DNA of 64,000 nt from Azolla caroliniana. Taxonomy: Eukaryota; Plantae; Polypodiophyta. Shown here in pieces: positions 60,257 to 64,000 of the stretch. A program made the translations under genes and the position numbers. Numbering within the stretch: position 1 is the stretch's first letter; every line of letters begins with the position of its first letter. The stretch is from NCBI GenBank assembly GCA_043228905.1, contig JBHGNT010000011.1, forward strand, positions 7,998,001 through 8,062,000. The letters run 5' to 3'. The notes beneath the pieces were generated by a model. It was not told the origin of the DNA. It did no database searches and saw nothing but the letters and a program-made list of their open reading frames with translations.

Positions 60257-62111
60257 ATGCCCAGTTCATGCTATGCATCACATCGAACAAACGGCTTATG
60301 GCGCCCAACCATCTTCCCCAGTCGACATTACAGTGCCCAACCATCTTCCCCACTCTCGGCTCCCGTCCCGCCACGCCGAGCCAGCCGAGGATACTGCTTA
60401 CTCTACGATCACTCAACATTCATCACCAGAAACTCCAGAATTGTGCACCCCTCACCAGTCATCCCCGATACACAATCACATATCGGCCCCGAACTCACCA
60501 CTCCTCTGAGTCCACCCGAAGACTCTCAACAATCCGAGTTCAACCCCTTCCTAGCCCTACCGGAATACCCAGACTTTGACACAATGTCATACCACTCCTA
60601 TAACTACTACACGGATGGTCTTGACACGGAATCCCACATCCGCTCTTTTCTCTCCATGTGGCACACCAACCATTCTACACAGCGCCTCACCGTTGCGGAG
60701 GTGGGTGCCTCCAAAATCGCGGAATTTACCCTTTCTCTAGATGGCCCACTGCACGGTGGTATTCTCGCCACGATCCTAGGGATTTTACCACATTCCACGA
60801 TGTTCGCACCTAGTTTTCGCAATTATTCCACCAAAAGATCCCTAAACGCGAACTGCTCCGCCAGTTCTATACCATTGCCCAAGAACCTAATGAAATGGTT
60901 TCCTAGTTTAAGCTCTGATTTCAAGACCTTTACCAACAACTTGCACAGGACGTGTTAGCCAATCATTTAAAAGATACGTTCCTTGGCGAACTCCGAGAGC
61001 CGTTGCGCACGATGTTGGTTCTTACGGATTTTTCACAACAAACTATCGAGCAAGTGGTCGCTCATGTTCTCACATTGGATAGGGCTCATCATAACAATTC
61101 TTTCTCCATGGGCACGCTCCAAACTGTTGTGCCAACAACTGAGGAAACCCAGTTTCTGCAAGCACTGCAATGCACAACTTGTGCCAAGTCTTGTCACTCG
61201 GCTATCGATTTCCCTATACGGCCACACTATCCCATCTGTCATACTAGAGTACATACGATTGAGCAATGTGAGTACAATATGCTCAACCATACTAACTCGA
61301 TTCCGGTAAAACAAATTGAGCCATGCCACGATCGTTCCCAACAAGATGAGCGACCACCACCACAGAATAGAGACATTGAATGACCCAGGGAGGATGATCA
61401 GCTTCACCGCAACGATGGCTACCACCCTGAACCCGATCGCTATCACCGGGATCACCACTATCGACCAGAGCCACCATACTATCAGAATCGGCCACACTAA
61501 TATCGTGACGAGCGATATTATCCAGAGGATCACTATTACCGGGATGACTATGACCGAGAACACTACTACGAACCACGGTATCCACGGCACGATCGACGAC
61601 CCCCACATAATAATTGCGGCTTTCAACCTTTGGGGAATAATCGATGACCCTTTTACAACCGTCGTTTAGACCCTTTGCGCACCGATAATTGGCGGTCTCC
61701 CCAATCCGAGCCTCATGAATACCTTCAACAATCCTATTCCCAACCGGCTCGAGAAGATCAACCTCAATTTGAGCAAGGAAAGGCCAGCAACTCAACCGTA
61801 GTAATATGCTTAAACTGTAATCAACCAGGTCACTAAGCCACTCAATGTCAGACCAACAATTGAGGTAAAGCATTGGTCGTAAACATGATTACGACCGACG
61901 TCCAGCAGGTCACCGCCCGAAGTCAGGCCCAACAATCACAATCGGAGATTCAGGATGAGGTTTGACAAGCCGCTAAGAAATGGATCGAATCGGCAAATCA
62001 CGCCAACACCTATCAAATGCACACCGAAATGAAAGAAATCAATCTCACCCTATCGCATCCCTCTTCACCTACCGAACCACCCGAAAACGACCCGGTTTGG
62101 CAAGCCGTCAC
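60257..62111 (+). pseudogene. gag: Decayed gypsy gag related to the element at 62112
   Basis: HIRSFL..W..NH, KIAEF.LSLDG, Cys/His knuckles, a Tyr/Arg/Asp-rich tract and QQVT.R.Q / DPVWQ shared with 62628-63690. Confidence 0.75.
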
Positions 62112-64000
62112 TGTTGTCCGCCAGAATAGTAACCGGCGGACATAAGCGCACAAGCATTATAATATAGTAAAGTGTAAGAAACACATGTAACGGTTCACAT
62201 GGGAAGTGTGAACGGCTAAAGGCCCTGTGTATATAAAGGGCAGAAATCCTCTGTAAGAGGTAGCGTGTAATTTTGGTGCATAGAGCGTTTTCTAATGGAA
62301 TACTATCTTTTCCGATTTTTGTGCATATCTATGGTTTTATCTACTGTGTTCTTTGTTCTCTGTTGTGTACTGTTAATCATAAGGATGTAGGCGTAAGTGA
62401 GGATACTAGTGCACTTCCTTAGGAGTTCGGTTGTAGCCGTCTCCCTTATACGCTACTAGGATACGAGGGAGTATCCCATTACGTATTGTGGTACGATGGT
62501 ACCATTCCTTGCAACACAGTCACCTTGAGGTCTACGTCGAAGGACTGACCGTAGACAGTGTTCCTAATCGGTAACACATTTGGCACGCCTGGTGATCTGT
62601 GTCTTCTCATAGAAGCACGACGAATGGATGTTTAGCCGTAGAAGACCCAGAGAACTGACACGACAAGACCAACCAATCACAAGGTCCATCACACACCAGG
62701 CAGAGGAACGCGCAAGGCAAAAACCTCGCCTTAGTGATATCTATCGGGACCACAAAGTCGACTTACCGCTCACCAAATACCCCGGCGACACGAAGGAAGT
62801 TCTTTCACCACACAAGTACTGTGGTCTTCCCATGCCCACCGTACCATCCAACATGGTCTTCTCCTATCCCCGCTTCAACGGCGAAATAGATGCCGCAACC
62901 CACATTCGCATGTTCTTGAATGTTTGGAATGTGAATCACATGGCGTAGAGAATTCCCAAAGAGGTAGCGCACTAGTCCAAAATGACAAAGTTTGGACTAA
63001 CTCTGGATGGTACAGCTGTGTTTTGGCATGCGCAGATGGATCTGCTAGCAATCACGACCTTCGACCAGCTACAATCAGCCTTTCTGCGTTTCTTTCTTCG
63101 AAGGATGCCGCAACGCGAAATCCTTGGACAGTTCATTTGCGAAATCCTTGGAGCAAGCCACACCTGGGGATAGGAACACGTCACCGGCTACCGAGAAAGG
63201 CGAATCCAACATCCATTGTTTCATTTGCCAACAGCCCGGACATTATGCCACTCAATGTCCACTACGCAAGGGCAAGGACCCCACGGTCAATACAATTATG
63301 GCGGAAGTTCAGCAAGTTACGACAAGGCAACAAACGAAAAATGTTGATTGGGCCACGCAAGATGAGATACGTAAGACGGCCCAAGCATGGGTCGAAAAAG
63401 CGAATGTGGCCAATACAGAGCACAGGCAGCAGGAGTCTGCAAACAATGTGGGGCCATTGGAGGAAGACATAATATCCCCGGATCCCATATGGCAGGAACT
63501 CGCACGTTACGAAATAACACTAACTATGGAGAACCTACTTCAATTAGTTCCACGGTTCCGTCAAGTCATAGAGGATCGCATAATGAGCAGACCTGGGGTC
63601 AGCGTCTCCGCCAATTTTATGGACACCAACAACGGACCAACAAAGGTCGATCACCACAATCCAGCTATTAAGTTGGTATTACACGGTTAGGAAATCACAT
63701 GATGCATAATTGACAGGGGTTCTGGCGTCAATGTAATTAACGCTAAGACATGCAAACAATTGAGAATTTCAGAATGGGAAGCTTGCCTTTTTTGGCTTCG
63801 CATGGCGGATACCCGCTCAGTTAGGCCTTTAGGCTTAATCCAAAAATTAGGCATCATCATTGGCAGACATCGCTTCGACATCTCAGCGGTAGTCCTCGCC
63901 CTCGACGCTCCGGGAGCGTATCCAATGCTGCTTGGCAGACCTTGGCTTCGTTCGGCGAATATCAAACAAAGCTAGAAACATAAGTGCATCAGTTTTTGCC
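62112..64000 (+). mobile_element. Arg-primed Ty3/gypsy element (5' LTR, PBS, decayed gag and protease), continuing beyond the window
   Basis: TGTT...AACA 62112-62576 containing a TATA; PBS TGGCACGCCTGGTG 62581-62594 (tRNA-Arg-type as I recall it); CFICQQPGHYATQC; IIDRGSGVNVI protease and LLGRPWL. Confidence 0.8.

Noticed and set aside
61033-61873. Hydrophobic minus-strand ORFs as an env-like or membrane protein
   Set aside because: They are the antisense reading of a Tyr/Arg/Asp/His-rich gag tract.
62112-62518. Solo LTR with GTCAC TSD
   Set aside because: GTCAC does flank this span, but the better terminal repeat (TGTT...AACA) and the adjacent PBS favour an LTR ending at 62576; not fully excluded.

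Overview
This is eukaryotic, almost certainly plant, heterochromatin-type DNA: a nested stack of LTR retrotransposons with no recognisable host gene. The element mix suggests a moss or other early-diverging land plant, but that is inference. It contains: (i) Met-primed Ty1/copia elements, namely an apparently intact 5.35-kb copy with indistinguishable 620-bp LTRs (9346-14698), several decayed copies, a solo LTR and two internally deleted derivatives; (ii) a chromodomain Ty3/gypsy family, with one apparently intact copy (35431-41184), one decayed full-length copy (20389-30687) and fragments, which has no tRNA PBS but a Tf1-like self-priming signal, a -1 frameshift signal and a tRNA-derived A/B-box segment at the U3 end of its LTR; (iii) a Trp-primed gypsy family with gag+protease in ORF1 (three copies); (iv) Arg-primed gypsy remnants and a long antisense extra ORF at the right end; (v) a 4.67-kb AT-rich TIR/foldback-like insertion (24283-28948). 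The centre of that insertion is a six-unit tandem array in which palindromes alternate with a captured tRNA-like chromovirus LTR end, several copies followed by an oligo-dT run. This array is the most unusual object in the window. All calls were made by eye from termini, TSDs, PBS/PPT and protein motifs; no alignments or database searches were run.
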